Under the pieces are notes generated by a model, which did not search any database, was not told the origin of the DNA, and worked only from the letters and a program-made list of their open reading frames with translations. Source: Anaerostipes sp. (lineage in GTDB: Bacteria > Bacillota > Clostridia > Lachnospirales > Lachnospiraceae). Taken from it: a DNA stretch of 64,000 nt. The position numbers and the translations under genes were made by a program. The DNA lies in assembly GCA_028697725.1 (NCBI GenBank), contig JAQVEG010000001.1, positions 167,516 to 231,515 on the forward strand. Direction: 5' to 3'. Shown here piece after piece: positions 1-8,647 of the stretch; within the stretch, counting starts at the first letter, position 1; each line of letters begins with the position of its first letter.

Positions 1-921
1 AAAAAAGAAGATTCTAAGCAAAAGAAGATTGGAGTTATCCAGTTGGTAGAACATGATGCCTTAGATGCGTCATACAAGGGATTTAAAGATGGTTTAAAGG
101 AAGCAGGATATAAAGATGGAGATAAGATCAAAATCGAATATAAGAATGCACAGGGAGAGCAGGCTAACTGCCAGACAATCGGATCACAATTAGTATCTGA
201 TAAGTGTGATTTGATTTTAGCCATTGCAACACCAGCGGCACAAGCAGTTGCCAATGAAACTAAGGATATTCCGATTTTAGTGACAGCAGTTACAGATCCA
301 GCAGCAGCAAAACTTGTGAAAGATAACAAAAAACCAGGAAACAATGTATCTGGTACTTCTGATTTAACTCCTGTAAAGAAACAGATGGGATTGTTAAAAG
401 AATTGTTGCCAAAAGCAAAGAAAGTTGCAATGTTATACTGTTCTGCAGAAGCAAACTCTAAGATTCAAGTGAATTTAGCAAAAAAAGAAGCAAAAAAATT
501 AGGATTAGATACAGTAGATGCAACTGTTTCTGAATCAAGTGAGATTCGTCAGGTTGTGGAATCATTAAAGGGAAAAGTCGATGCAATTTATGCACCAACA
601 GACAATATGATTGCGGCTGGAATGAATACAGTTTCTATGGTTGCCAATGAAGCAAAACTTCCAATTATTGTTGGAGAAGAAGGAATGTGTACTGGAGGCG
701 GATTAGCTACTTACGGTATTAATTACTATAAGTTAGGAAAACAGACGGCTGCACAGGCTGTTAAGATTCTTGAGGGTAAATCTGAGCCAAAGGATATGGC
801 AATTGAATATCAAAGTGATGCTGATTTAATCGTAAATGAAAGTGCAGCAAAAAAATTAGGTATTACAATTCCTGAAAAGATTAAAAAAGATGCGAAGATT
901 GTAAAGACAACAAAAAAATAA
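1..921 (+). CDS. ABC transporter substrate-binding protein (ABC_sub_bind / aromatic amino acid-type), 5'-partial
   Basis: Frame is open from base 1 (KKEDSKQKKIGVIQLVEHDALD...). Motifs IATPAAQA, VTDP..A.LV, GTSD and PTDN are typical of this family; cognate permease and ATPase lie downstream. Confidence 0.85.
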   Translation, partial: KKEDSKQKKIGVIQLVEHDALDASYKGFKDGLKEAGYKDGDKIKIEYKNAQGEQANCQTIGSQLVSDKCDLILAIATPAAQAVANETKDIPILVTAVTDPAAAKLVKDNKKPGNNVSGTSDLTPVKKQMGLLKELLPKAKKVAMLYCSAEANSKIQVNLAKKEAKKLGLDTVDATVSESSEIRQVVESLKGKVDAIYAPTDNMIAAGMNTVSMVANEAKLPIIVGEEGMCTGGGLATYGINYYKLGKQTAAQAVKILEGKSEPKDMAIEYQSDADLIVNESAAKKLGITIPEKIKKDAKIVKTTKK

Positions 922-1002
922 TTATTTTCACTTTTATCAAATATATGGTAAAGTAGAAGTAACAGATAACAATGAATTAATATAAGGTAAGGATATAATA
1001 TT

Positions 1003-2469
1003 ATGAAAAAGATTTTATTTGTAGCTTCAGAGTGTGTACCATTTATTAAAACAGGGGGGCTTGCAGACGTTGTTGGAAGCCTTCCAAAGATTTTTAATAA
1101 AAAAGAATATGATGTTCGAGTAATTATTCCAAATTATGAATGTATTAAATCTGAATATAAGAGCAAGATGAAGGATTTGGGCAACTTTTATTTAGACGAC
1201 ATTGTCTATGTTGGAATTAAGACTTTGAAATTAGATGGTATTCAGTATTATTTTATTGATAATGAATATTATTTTAAGGGAGAAGTTCCGTATTATGATT
1301 TGTTTCAGGATATTGAGCGATTCGCTTATTTTTCAAAGGCAGCACTGTCAATTTTACCAGTGATTGATTTTAGACCAGAGATTATCCATTGTCATGACTG
1401 GCAAGCAGGTTTAGTACCGGTTTATTTGAATTCAATTTTTCAGGGGAATGAGTTTTATTGTGGAATCAGAACAATTATGACAGTCCACAATTTAAGATTC
1501 CAAGGAAAGTGGAATGTAGCACACATTCAAGGGGTTACAAGATTACCCGATGAATGTTTTGCACCAGGACGCTTGGTAAGCTTGAATCAGGATATGGGTG
1601 TTCTAAGAGAGCATAGAGAGGCAAATCTACTTCGAGGCGGATTGGTATACTCAGATTATATTACAACTGTGAGTAATACATATGCAGGAGAGATTCAAAC
1701 TCCATATTATGGAGAGGGATTAGATGATCTTCTTCGTGGCAGAAGCGACCGTTTATGGGGTATTGTCAATGGTATTGATTATAAAGTATACAATCCAGAG
1801 ACAGATGAAGATTTGTACTTTAACTATTCTCAGAAGAATTTTAGAACCATGAAGAAAAAGAATAAAAAGAAATTGCAGGAAGAGTTGGGTCTTGAAGTAT
1901 CAGACAAGATGTTTACCATTGCAATTATTTCAAGATTAACAGATCAAAAGGGATTAGACATCGTTGATTATGTGATGGATCGAATTTGTGCTTCTGGAGA
2001 TATTCAGTTTATTGTTTTGGGAACTGGAGATGGAAGATATGAAGATATGTTCCGTTACTATCAAGGAAAGTACCCAAATAATGTATCGGCAAATATTTGT
2101 TATTCAGATGCATTGTCACACAAGATTTATGGAAGTGTAGATGCAATGTTAGTTCCTAGTCAGTTTGAACCATGTGGACTTACACAGTTGATGGCGTTAC
2201 GTTATGGAACGGTTCCAATTGTAAGAGAAACAGGTGGATTAAAAGACACAGTGGAAGCTTATAATGAATTTGAACAAACTGGAACAGGTTTCTCTTTTGC
2301 AAATTATAATGGAGACGAATTATTTGATCAAATTGAATATGCAAAATCAACATTCTATGAGCAAAAAGCAAAATGGAATAAGATTGTAGACAGAGGAATG
2401 AAAACAGACTGGTCATGGGATTATTCAGCGGGAACTTATAAAGCATTATATGATGAGATTTTAGGATAA
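1003..2469 (+). CDS. glgA: Glycogen synthase
   Basis: N-terminal KTGGLADV ADP-glucose motif, HCHDWQ, SRLTDQKG, PSQFEPCGLTQL. Confidence 0.95.
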   Translation: MKKILFVASECVPFIKTGGLADVVGSLPKIFNKKEYDVRVIIPNYECIKSEYKSKMKDLGNFYLDDIVYVGIKTLKLDGIQYYFIDNEYYFKGEVPYYDLFQDIERFAYFSKAALSILPVIDFRPEIIHCHDWQAGLVPVYLNSIFQGNEFYCGIRTIMTVHNLRFQGKWNVAHIQGVTRLPDECFAPGRLVSLNQDMGVLREHREANLLRGGLVYSDYITTVSNTYAGEIQTPYYGEGLDDLLRGRSDRLWGIVNGIDYKVYNPETDEDLYFNYSQKNFRTMKKKNKKKLQEELGLEVSDKMFTIAIISRLTDQKGLDIVDYVMDRICASGDIQFIVLGTGDGRYEDMFRYYQGKYPNNVSANICYSDALSHKIYGSVDAMLVPSQFEPCGLTQLMALRYGTVPIVRETGGLKDTVEAYNEFEQTGTGFSFANYNGDELFDQIEYAKSTFYEQKAKWNKIVDRGMKTDWSWDYSAGTYKALYDEILG

Positions 2470-2541
2470 TGAGAAAGTAAAAGGTGTGTAAACCTGTGTT
2501 TTCAGGTTTGCATGCTTTTTTAACTAGAAGGAGACAAAAAC

Positions 2542-3456
2542 ATGGATTTATTAATGAATATGCAAAGTGCGATTGCACAAGGAACCTTATGGGGCATTAT
2601 GGCACTTGGTGTATATATTACATTTAGATTATTGGACATTGCTGATTTATCTTGTGAAGGTAGTTTTGCAATGGGCGGATGTGTAAGCTCAGTTATGATT
2701 ATTATGGGATTTAATCCATTTATAACTTTGATTTTTGCTACACTTGCAGGAATGCTTGCAGGATTTGTTACAGGACTTCTTCATACAAAGTTTATGATTC
2801 CAGCTATTTTATCAGGAATTTTAACGATGATAGCATTGTATTCGGTTAATATTCATATTATGGGACAGCCAAATACATCTCTACTTGGAGAAGATACAGT
2901 ATTTACATTGGTAATGAATCAATTTGGGTTAGATCAGACAGTGGCAACACTCCTTGTTGGTGGAGTTATTTGTGTCGTTGTAATTTTGGTTTTATATTGG
3001 TTTTTTGGAACAGAACTTGGCTGTACTCTTCGTGCAACTGGAAACAATGAATTTATGGTACGCGCCCTTGGTGGAAACACAGATACATCAAAGGTAATTG
3101 GATTATTACTTTCCAATGGATTAATTGCATTGTCAGGTGCTTTGGTAGGACAAAATCAAGGATATGGAGATGTAAAAATGGGAATCGGATCCATTGTAAT
3201 TGGTCTTGCATCCATTGTAATCGGTGAAGTTATTTTTGGAAATCGATTTAACTTTGTTTATGTATTGGTATCAGTTGTAGTTGGTTCTGTTGTATATCGT
3301 ATGATAATCTCTTTGGTTCTGCACTTTGGACTAAATACAGACGATATGAAGCTATTTACGGCAATTGTTGTTGCATTGGCATTGGGGATTCCAGCACTTC
3401 GTTCAAAGTATATGCAAAAGAGAATTCCGGCAAGTGAGGAGGATTCATCATGTTAA
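2542..3456 (+). CDS. ABC transporter permease
   Basis: Polytopic hydrophobic protein with DLSCEGSFAMGG and LRATGNN motifs; GGAG RBS; overlaps the ATPase start. Confidence 0.85.
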   Translation: MDLLMNMQSAIAQGTLWGIMALGVYITFRLLDIADLSCEGSFAMGGCVSSVMIIMGFNPFITLIFATLAGMLAGFVTGLLHTKFMIPAILSGILTMIALYSVNIHIMGQPNTSLLGEDTVFTLVMNQFGLDQTVATLLVGGVICVVVILVLYWFFGTELGCTLRATGNNEFMVRALGGNTDTSKVIGLLLSNGLIALSGALVGQNQGYGDVKMGIGSIVIGLASIVIGEVIFGNRFNFVYVLVSVVVGSVVYRMIISLVLHFGLNTDDMKLFTAIVVALALGIPALRSKYMQKRIPASEEDSSC

Positions 3457-4244
3457 GAATTAAAGATGTACATAAGACCTTTAATAAAGGCACTGCAAAT
3501 GAAAAAAAAGCATTGAATGGAGTTAATCTTCATTTGAATCCTGGTGATTTTGTAACGATCATCGGAGGAAATGGTGCAGGAAAATCTACAACTCTTAATA
3601 TGGTTGCTGGAGTTTATTCTATAGATAAAGGAACAATTTTACTTGATGATAAAGATATTTCAGATTGGCCAGAACACAAGAGAGCGAATATGCTTGGGAG
3701 AGTATTCCAAGACCCTATGATGGGAACGGCTGCAGGAATGCAGATTGAAGAAAACCTTGCGATGGCATATCGCAGAGGGAAGAGAAGAGGCCTTTCTTGG
3801 GGAATTACACATAAGGAAAAAGAACTTTACAAAGAGAGACTTGCCATGCTAGATCTTGGTCTAGAGGATCGAATGACATCTAAAGTTGGACTTCTTTCTG
3901 GAGGGCAGAGACAGGCACTTACTTTGCTTATGGCAACTCTTAGAAAACCTAGTTTGTTGTTATTAGACGAACATACTGCAGCTCTAGATCCAAAGACTGC
4001 AAAGAAGGTACTGGATTTAACAGAACTTATTGTAGACAGAGATCAATTGACGACAATGATGGTAACTCACAACATGAAAGACGCTATTAAAGTAGGGAAT
4101 CGTTTGATTATGATGAATGAGGGTCACATTATTTATGATGTGTCTGGAGAAGAAAAAAAGAATTTGAAAGTAGCTGATCTTCTTCAAAAATTTGAGGAAG
4201 CAAGTGGAGAAGATTTTTCTAATGACAGAATGTTGTTATCTTAA
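3450..4244 (+). CDS. ABC transporter ATP-binding protein
   Basis: Walker A GGNGAGKS, signature LSGGQ, Walker B LLLDE, H-loop VTH. Confidence 0.93.
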   Translation: MLRIKDVHKTFNKGTANEKKALNGVNLHLNPGDFVTIIGGNGAGKSTTLNMVAGVYSIDKGTILLDDKDISDWPEHKRANMLGRVFQDPMMGTAAGMQIEENLAMAYRRGKRRGLSWGITHKEKELYKERLAMLDLGLEDRMTSKVGLLSGGQRQALTLLMATLRKPSLLLLDEHTAALDPKTAKKVLDLTELIVDRDQLTTMMVTHNMKDAIKVGNRLIMMNEGHIIYDVSGEEKKNLKVADLLQKFEEASGEDFSNDRMLLS

Positions 4245-4250
4245 TACTGT

Positions 4251-4285
4251 CCCTGAAAGACAATTGTCTTTCAGGGGTATTTTTT
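4251..4285 (+). terminator. Rho-independent terminator
   Basis: CCCTGAAAGAC-aatt-GTCTTTCAGGG followed by a T-run. Confidence 0.85.
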
Positions 4286-4357
4286 CTGTCAAAATCGCAA
4301 AAAAGACTTGACTTTTTCTTGAAAACTTGGATAATAGATAAAGTAAGTTATTTATGA

Positions 4358-4429
4358 GGCCCCATGGTCAAGCGGTTAAGACGCGACCCTCTCAAGGTCG
4401 AATCACGAGTTCAATTCTCGTTGGGGTCA
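4358..4429 (+). tRNA. tRNA-Glu (anticodon CTC)
   Basis: Acceptor stem GGCCCCA/TGGGGTC, D-loop TGGTCAAGCGGTTAAGAC, anticodon arm CGACC-CTCTCAA-GGTCG, T-arm ACGAG-TTCAATT-CTCGT; CCA not encoded. Confidence 0.95.
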
Positions 4430-4430
4430 T

Positions 4431-4472
4431 AACTCTCAAGATAAGGTATTAAGCCAATCTTGAGAGTTTTTT
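4431..4472 (+). terminator. Terminator after tRNA-Glu
   Basis: AACTCTCAAGAT ... ATCTTGAGAGTT followed by TTTT. Confidence 0.75.
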
Positions 4473-4531
4473 ATTTCCCACAACATTAAAATATTTTTTC
4501 TCTAACGGATTTTTCTAACGTCTTTAGTCAA

Positions 4532-5722
4532 CTAAAGTGCTGTTTCATCTGAAAAAATGATATCTGCAAAGTCTGATATTGTCTTTTTCTCTTCCGAACC
4601 TCGAATATGAGCATAGTTGTGTAGGAATGTTTTTACGTCATTTCCCATGATGCTGGAAATGATTTTATCTTGTACACCACGAGAGTAGTTGTTTGTTCCA
4701 AATGTATGTCTGCAATTGTATAAAGGGATTTGAGGTATTCTATCTTTTGGCTTAACTGATTGGCTGTATCTTTCAATCGTTCTACGAAACATCTTTGAAT
4801 AATGGTTAGGGGTTACTGCACCTCCTTCTTCTGTAACAAAAAGAGTATCGGTTGTAAAAAAATCAGGGTATTGAAGCTGTATTTTCTTTTTCCATGTAAG
4901 CGAAGATTTAATTAAGTCGTATAGTGCATCAGGCAGGTAGATAGATCTATGTGACGCTGGTGTTTTTAAGTCAGTAAAATTACCTTGTTTGTCAATTCCT
5001 CTATTAAGCTCTAGTGTATGCAGTTCTTTGTTCAAATCTGTTTCAGCCAGTCCGCATGTTTCTCCTGGTCTTGTCCCCACTAATAAAGAAGTTGCAAACA
5101 TTGCATAATAATGTGATTCTTTTACGATGGGAGAGTTTAAAAAGGCTTGGATTTGCTCGTTAGTCCATGTTATTTTCTTCTTGTATGGCACGTGATTGCG
5201 TTTTATTCCAAGCATGGGGTTCTTGTTAGGCTCAATTACTTTAAGTTCATCTGACGCAAAATTAAAGATGTCACAGAGGATATTAATCATTTTGTTAATG
5301 GTCTCTGGGGAATATGGCTTTCCGTTTTTATTTGTTGTTTCCTGCATTAAGGTTTTAAATTTCAAAATATGAGAGGATTCTATTTTTCTAATGCCAACAT
5401 TCTCAAATACTTCTTTTATGTATCTGTTATAGTAATACTCGTATGTTACTAGGGTGCTGTTTCGATAAAATCCTTTTGAATAAGCGAGCCACTGGTCAGC
5501 AACTTCTCCAAAAAGCATTCCACGTTCTTTTGCGATTTTCTCTTTTTCTTTTCCATTTTTTAATTCCTCCATGATTTCAATTTCATCCTTGGATGCATTT
5601 ATGCGTTTTTCTTGTAATGGTCCAACGATACGTTTTTTTGTTCTGCCATCATAGACAGAAGCGTAGTACCTAGTAGTAATGCTGCCATCTTTTTTTCTGT
5701 AACTTTTCTTTTGTACACTCAT
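4532..5722 (-). CDS. Tyrosine recombinase / phage integrase
   Basis: N-terminal arm-binding-like region, SAM-like middle, catalytic GTRPGETCGL, KT..S.R.I, YNCRHTF, IMGN, YAH. Confidence 0.93.
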   Translation of the reverse strand: MSVQKKSYRKKDGSITTRYYASVYDGRTKKRIVGPLQEKRINASKDEIEIMEELKNGKEKEKIAKERGMLFGEVADQWLAYSKGFYRNSTLVTYEYYYNRYIKEVFENVGIRKIESSHILKFKTLMQETTNKNGKPYSPETINKMINILCDIFNFASDELKVIEPNKNPMLGIKRNHVPYKKKITWTNEQIQAFLNSPIVKESHYYAMFATSLLVGTRPGETCGLAETDLNKELHTLELNRGIDKQGNFTDLKTPASHRSIYLPDALYDLIKSSLTWKKKIQLQYPDFFTTDTLFVTEEGGAVTPNHYSKMFRRTIERYSQSVKPKDRIPQIPLYNCRHTFGTNNYSRGVQDKIISSIMGNDVKTFLHNYAHIRGSEEKKTISDFADIIFSDETAL

Positions 5723-5853
5723 AGAACATCATCCTTTCTAAAGAAGGGTATAAAAAATACACCCTACAATTATTGTTGGATGTATGATATAATTCTAATT
5801 GTTCAGAAGAGAATTATATTAACATCCGTGTTAATAGGTTTCTTTTGCGAAAG

Positions 5854-5881
5854 CAGTCACTTTGCCGAGTGGCTGTTTTTT
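5854..5881 (+). repeat. Cassette repeat copy A (hairpin part only)
   Basis: CAGTCAC-TTTGCCGA-GTGGCTG-TTTTTT; same hairpin as copies B-D. Confidence 0.8.
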
Positions 5882-5901
5882 AAATAGATTAAGTAAAAAA
5901 G

Positions 5902-5934
5902 TTGCATTTTTTTTTACTTAATGTATAATATAAT
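5902..5934 (+). promoter_or_regulatory. Sigma-A-type promoter facing the 3' end of the DUF3644 gene
   Basis: TTGCAT-16 bp-TATAAT, with a second overlapping TATAAT at 5929; no ORF follows on this strand. Confidence 0.65.
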
Positions 5935-5936
5935 TA

Positions 5937-6030
5937 TCAAAGATAACTTGTGAAGGAATAACACTGGGTCCCAGAATGGGGTAAGTACATTATGTACTGA
6001 GCATTCCTATGTGCCTGGGGTTATCTTTTT
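5937..6030 (+). ncRNA. Candidate structured small RNA (possible pseudoknot)
   Basis: Own promoter; closing stem AAAGATAAC/GTTATCTTT plus T-run; inner AGGAAT/ATTCCT stem; AGTACA-TTA-TGTACT hairpin; CCCAG can pair with CTGGG outside the inner stem. Confidence 0.6.
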
Positions 6031-6994
6031 ATTTGCTTCGTTTTAAACTCTCGACAAATTTGTCTGGAGTTTTTTCGATTTCTGATACAATAAATTCAAT
6101 AAATTGTTGTGAATATGTATATTGTTGCTGATTACCAATAATATGTTGATATGCATATTTGGGGTCGTTTTTTATATCGTAGAAATCAATAATAAGGTTT
6201 AATACATAACTATTAAAACCAGAGGAATATCCCAGCTTTATATGCTTTCTTTTTAATCTTTCTTGAATCGCAGTGACAACACTACTATGCGAATATTTAT
6301 GAGTATCTGATGGGTCTTTTACTTCTTTTAGAGTGGTAACCTTTGTATCTGAATCCTTAGAAATACACACTGCAAAATCAGCCTTGTCTCTCTTTTTTGT
6401 TATATATAGATTTTGTCTTATGTTAATTGCAAATTTATCAGAACGTATTTCATCACTTAAAACATCTATTTCATTAGATTGCTTAATGAACTTTTCGGCA
6501 ATTTCAGGACTGTATTTTAATTTGATTTCCTCGTTTGAGAGAGGTTCATATCTCGCTGATATTGTTAGAAAATTTTGTGCAATATATTTAGTAATATCTC
6601 TATTGTGAAATCTTTGAATTTCATTTACAAAGTTAAGAACGCAAGCTTGAAAAAGCGGCGCGTATTTCACCTCATAATCTTCAGTTATATAATGAGTACT
6701 AATATTTCTTAATTCTAATATTTTTTCAAGATTTAATCTGATCCTTGTGTTTTTATCAGAATATATTTTTTTGATTGAGTTTTCTACGCTTAAGGTCCTG
6801 TCAGGTTTATCAGAATAGTAGATGCTTTTTCCACGATTTATAAGCTCGGCTTTTAGCATGAGTTCCCAAGCGTTTACTATAAAGAAAGAAAATCCTTCAA
6901 TTCTGTATTTAATTGTAGGTTTATTGTATATCTCTAATCCTAAAATAAAAGCCTCTATACTTTTGTCAACTAATCTTTCCTTGATATTTTCCAA
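6029..6994 (-). CDS. DUF3644-like protein, predicted HEPN-superfamily RNase
   Basis: Likely TTG start at 6994 after an AAGGCGGG RBS. N-terminus (KSIEAFILGLEIYNKP..YR.EGFSFFIVNAWELMLKA) is typical of DUF3644; RNISTH = RxxxxH motif at 6709-6692. Confidence 0.75.
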   Translation of the reverse strand: MENIKERLVDKSIEAFILGLEIYNKPTIKYRIEGFSFFIVNAWELMLKAELINRGKSIYYSDKPDRTLSVENSIKKIYSDKNTRIRLNLEKILELRNISTHYITEDYEVKYAPLFQACVLNFVNEIQRFHNRDITKYIAQNFLTISARYEPLSNEEIKLKYSPEIAEKFIKQSNEIDVLSDEIRSDKFAINIRQNLYITKKRDKADFAVCISKDSDTKVTTLKEVKDPSDTHKYSHSSVVTAIQERLKRKHIKLGYSSGFNSYVLNLIIDFYDIKNDPKYAYQHIIGNQQQYTYSQQFIEFIVSEIEKTPDKFVESLKRSK

Positions 6995-7111
6995 GTTTAT
7001 CCCGCCTTTCTTTATGTTTAGTATTAATTTCTTCTTAAGTAAAAAATACAATATTCTATTAATGTAACTATATGCGGTAGTAGTAGTAGGGGTGTGAATC
7101 TAATTTTTCCT

Positions 7112-7175
7112 AAAAAAATACTCGCCATGTTACGCATATTACCCGAAAATAACAGAGGCTTGGCGAGTTCCGTTA
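7112..7175 (-). ncRNA. Candidate leader or antitoxin RNA resembling the abiF RNA motif
   Basis: Minus-strand promoter TTGATA-17-TATCCT (7209-7181); 8-bp stem ACTCGCCA/TGGCGAGT enclosing GCCTCT...ATGCGT; T7 tract follows. Confidence 0.5.
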
Positions 7176-7222
7176 CATATAGGATATGATATGCATTTTA
7201 AAATATCAAGATATTTTTGGTA

Positions 7223-8059
7223 TTATAGCTTTATAAGTGCATCGATTAATTCTTTTTCTAAATTCTTTTGTTGTGTTGCAGTTAATTGAGAAGAAGTTCT
7301 TACTATGATAGTTCCTATAACTTTATGCGAACCAGGATTCATCATACCGGTTGAATCAAAAGCAGCAAGGTACTTATTTCTGGTGTCTGCATTCTCTTTT
7401 GTTTTGTAGACTTCTATACAGCCACCGCCATCAGTTCCATTGCCTATAGAATCTTTCCCAGAAAGAAAAGAATGATCAACCTTAGGACTTGAAAAATAAA
7501 TTGCTGCAGTATAACCTCCAGTTTTGTTTAAACTACCATTTGGGTCATTTTTTTCTGTTACCGCTTTAACGTTATTAATGGATTTTATCTTTTTAAGTGA
7601 TGCTAAAACAAACTTTTGTGATGGATTAGTTACTTGCTCCAATTGCTGTATACTTTTGTCTAATTCCGTTGTGCTTTTTTGCAATTCAGATATCTGTTTA
7701 GAATAATCCACACCTTTTTCTAGAATTAAAGTTTCTTTTTTTACAACACTAATTTTTTTGGGGGCATCTGGTACATTGCGTCTAACTTTTTTTGCATTTT
7801 TAATTGAATCCTTTGCATTAGTTATTGTCGATTTTTCGAGTGGCTCTTTCTTTGAATTGATGAGTTTTTGTGCTTTGTTTATGTATCCGTTTAGCTCAAC
7901 ATTTTTTTTGTCAATTTTTTCAGATGCAGCGTTGTATTTGCTAACGGCAATATCATATGGTCTTTTATATGTAAAATACCATACTCCAACAGCTATAATC
8001 AAAACAACAGCAATTCCGATAATAGTAAAGTTTTTCTTTGATGTTCCAGTAGTTTTCAT
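7223..8059 (-). CDS. Membrane-anchored extracellular phage cargo protein (coiled coil plus conserved C-terminal domain)
   Basis: N-terminal TM helix (IIGIAVVLIIAVGVWYF), Lys-rich helical stalk, DPNGSLNK.GGY...GGGCIEVY domain; GGGAGG RBS. Confidence 0.7.
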   Translation of the reverse strand: MKTTGTSKKNFTIIGIAVVLIIAVGVWYFTYKRPYDIAVSKYNAASEKIDKKNVELNGYINKAQKLINSKKEPLEKSTITNAKDSIKNAKKVRRNVPDAPKKISVVKKETLILEKGVDYSKQISELQKSTTELDKSIQQLEQVTNPSQKFVLASLKKIKSINNVKAVTEKNDPNGSLNKTGGYTAAIYFSSPKVDHSFLSGKDSIGNGTDGGGCIEVYKTKENADTRNKYLAAFDSTGMMNPGSHKVIGTIIVRTSSQLTATQQKNLEKELIDALIKL

Positions 8060-8086
8060 AGTTTCCTCCCTTATTGTATATGTAAA

Positions 8087-8159
8087 TTTATTGTAACCTT
8101 AATTTAATCAGTTCTTTATCATATTCAATCAATAGTCACTTTGCAGAGTGTCTGTTTTT
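8087..8159. repeat. Cassette repeat copy B (73 bp)
   Basis: TTTATTGTAACCTTAATTTAATCAGTTCTTTATCATATTCAATCAATAGTCACTTTGCAGAGTGTCTGTTTTT; 2 mismatches to copy D. Confidence 0.92.
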
Positions 8160-8183
8160 TTTTGGATTTTAGTTTAAGAATAA

Positions 8184-8633
8184 TTAGCTTGCAGAATCCA
8201 TATATGCATCTTGAATTTTGCTAGCATATTTTTGATAAACATCTTGAATCTTTCCAGCCCAGTCTTCATAAGTTTCATATTTATCACCATTTTTTTGCAT
8301 TAACTCTGCCATTTCTCCAACTCCATCGTTGCATATTTCAGCAAGGTCACCGACTTTTTTGTTAGAGAGTTTTGCAAGTTTATTTACATCGCCAGTATAT
8401 TTTTTTGATTCTTTTTTGTATTCTTTTACAAGTTTTGGAGTGGCTTTTTTAATCTTTGCAGTATAATCTTTTAATATAGACTTGTAAGTTGTTTTTTCTG
8501 TTTCCTTTTTAATTTCCTTCTTTTCAGTTGTAACTTTTGTAGTTTCTTTTGAATCAGACGAACTACTTCCACAAGCCGTCATTGAAATTGCCATTAATGT
8601 TGCTAATCCTAATGCTAATACTTTTTTCCTCAT
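8184..8633 (-). CDS. Lipoprotein (phage cargo)
   Basis: Signal peptide II MRKKVLALGLATLMAISMTA-C with a Ser/Lys/Thr linker; AAGGAG RBS. Confidence 0.8.
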   Translation of the reverse strand: MRKKVLALGLATLMAISMTACGSSSSDSKETTKVTTEKKEIKKETEKTTYKSILKDYTAKIKKATPKLVKEYKKESKKYTGDVNKLAKLSNKKVGDLAEICNDGVGEMAELMQKNGDKYETYEDWAGKIQDVYQKYASKIQDAYMDSAS

Positions 8634-8647
8634 AATTCTTCTCCTTA

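Noticed and set aside
7076-7090. (GTA)4 microsatellite upstream of the HEPN gene
   Set aside because: Too short to support phase variation and not inside an identified promoter or CDS.
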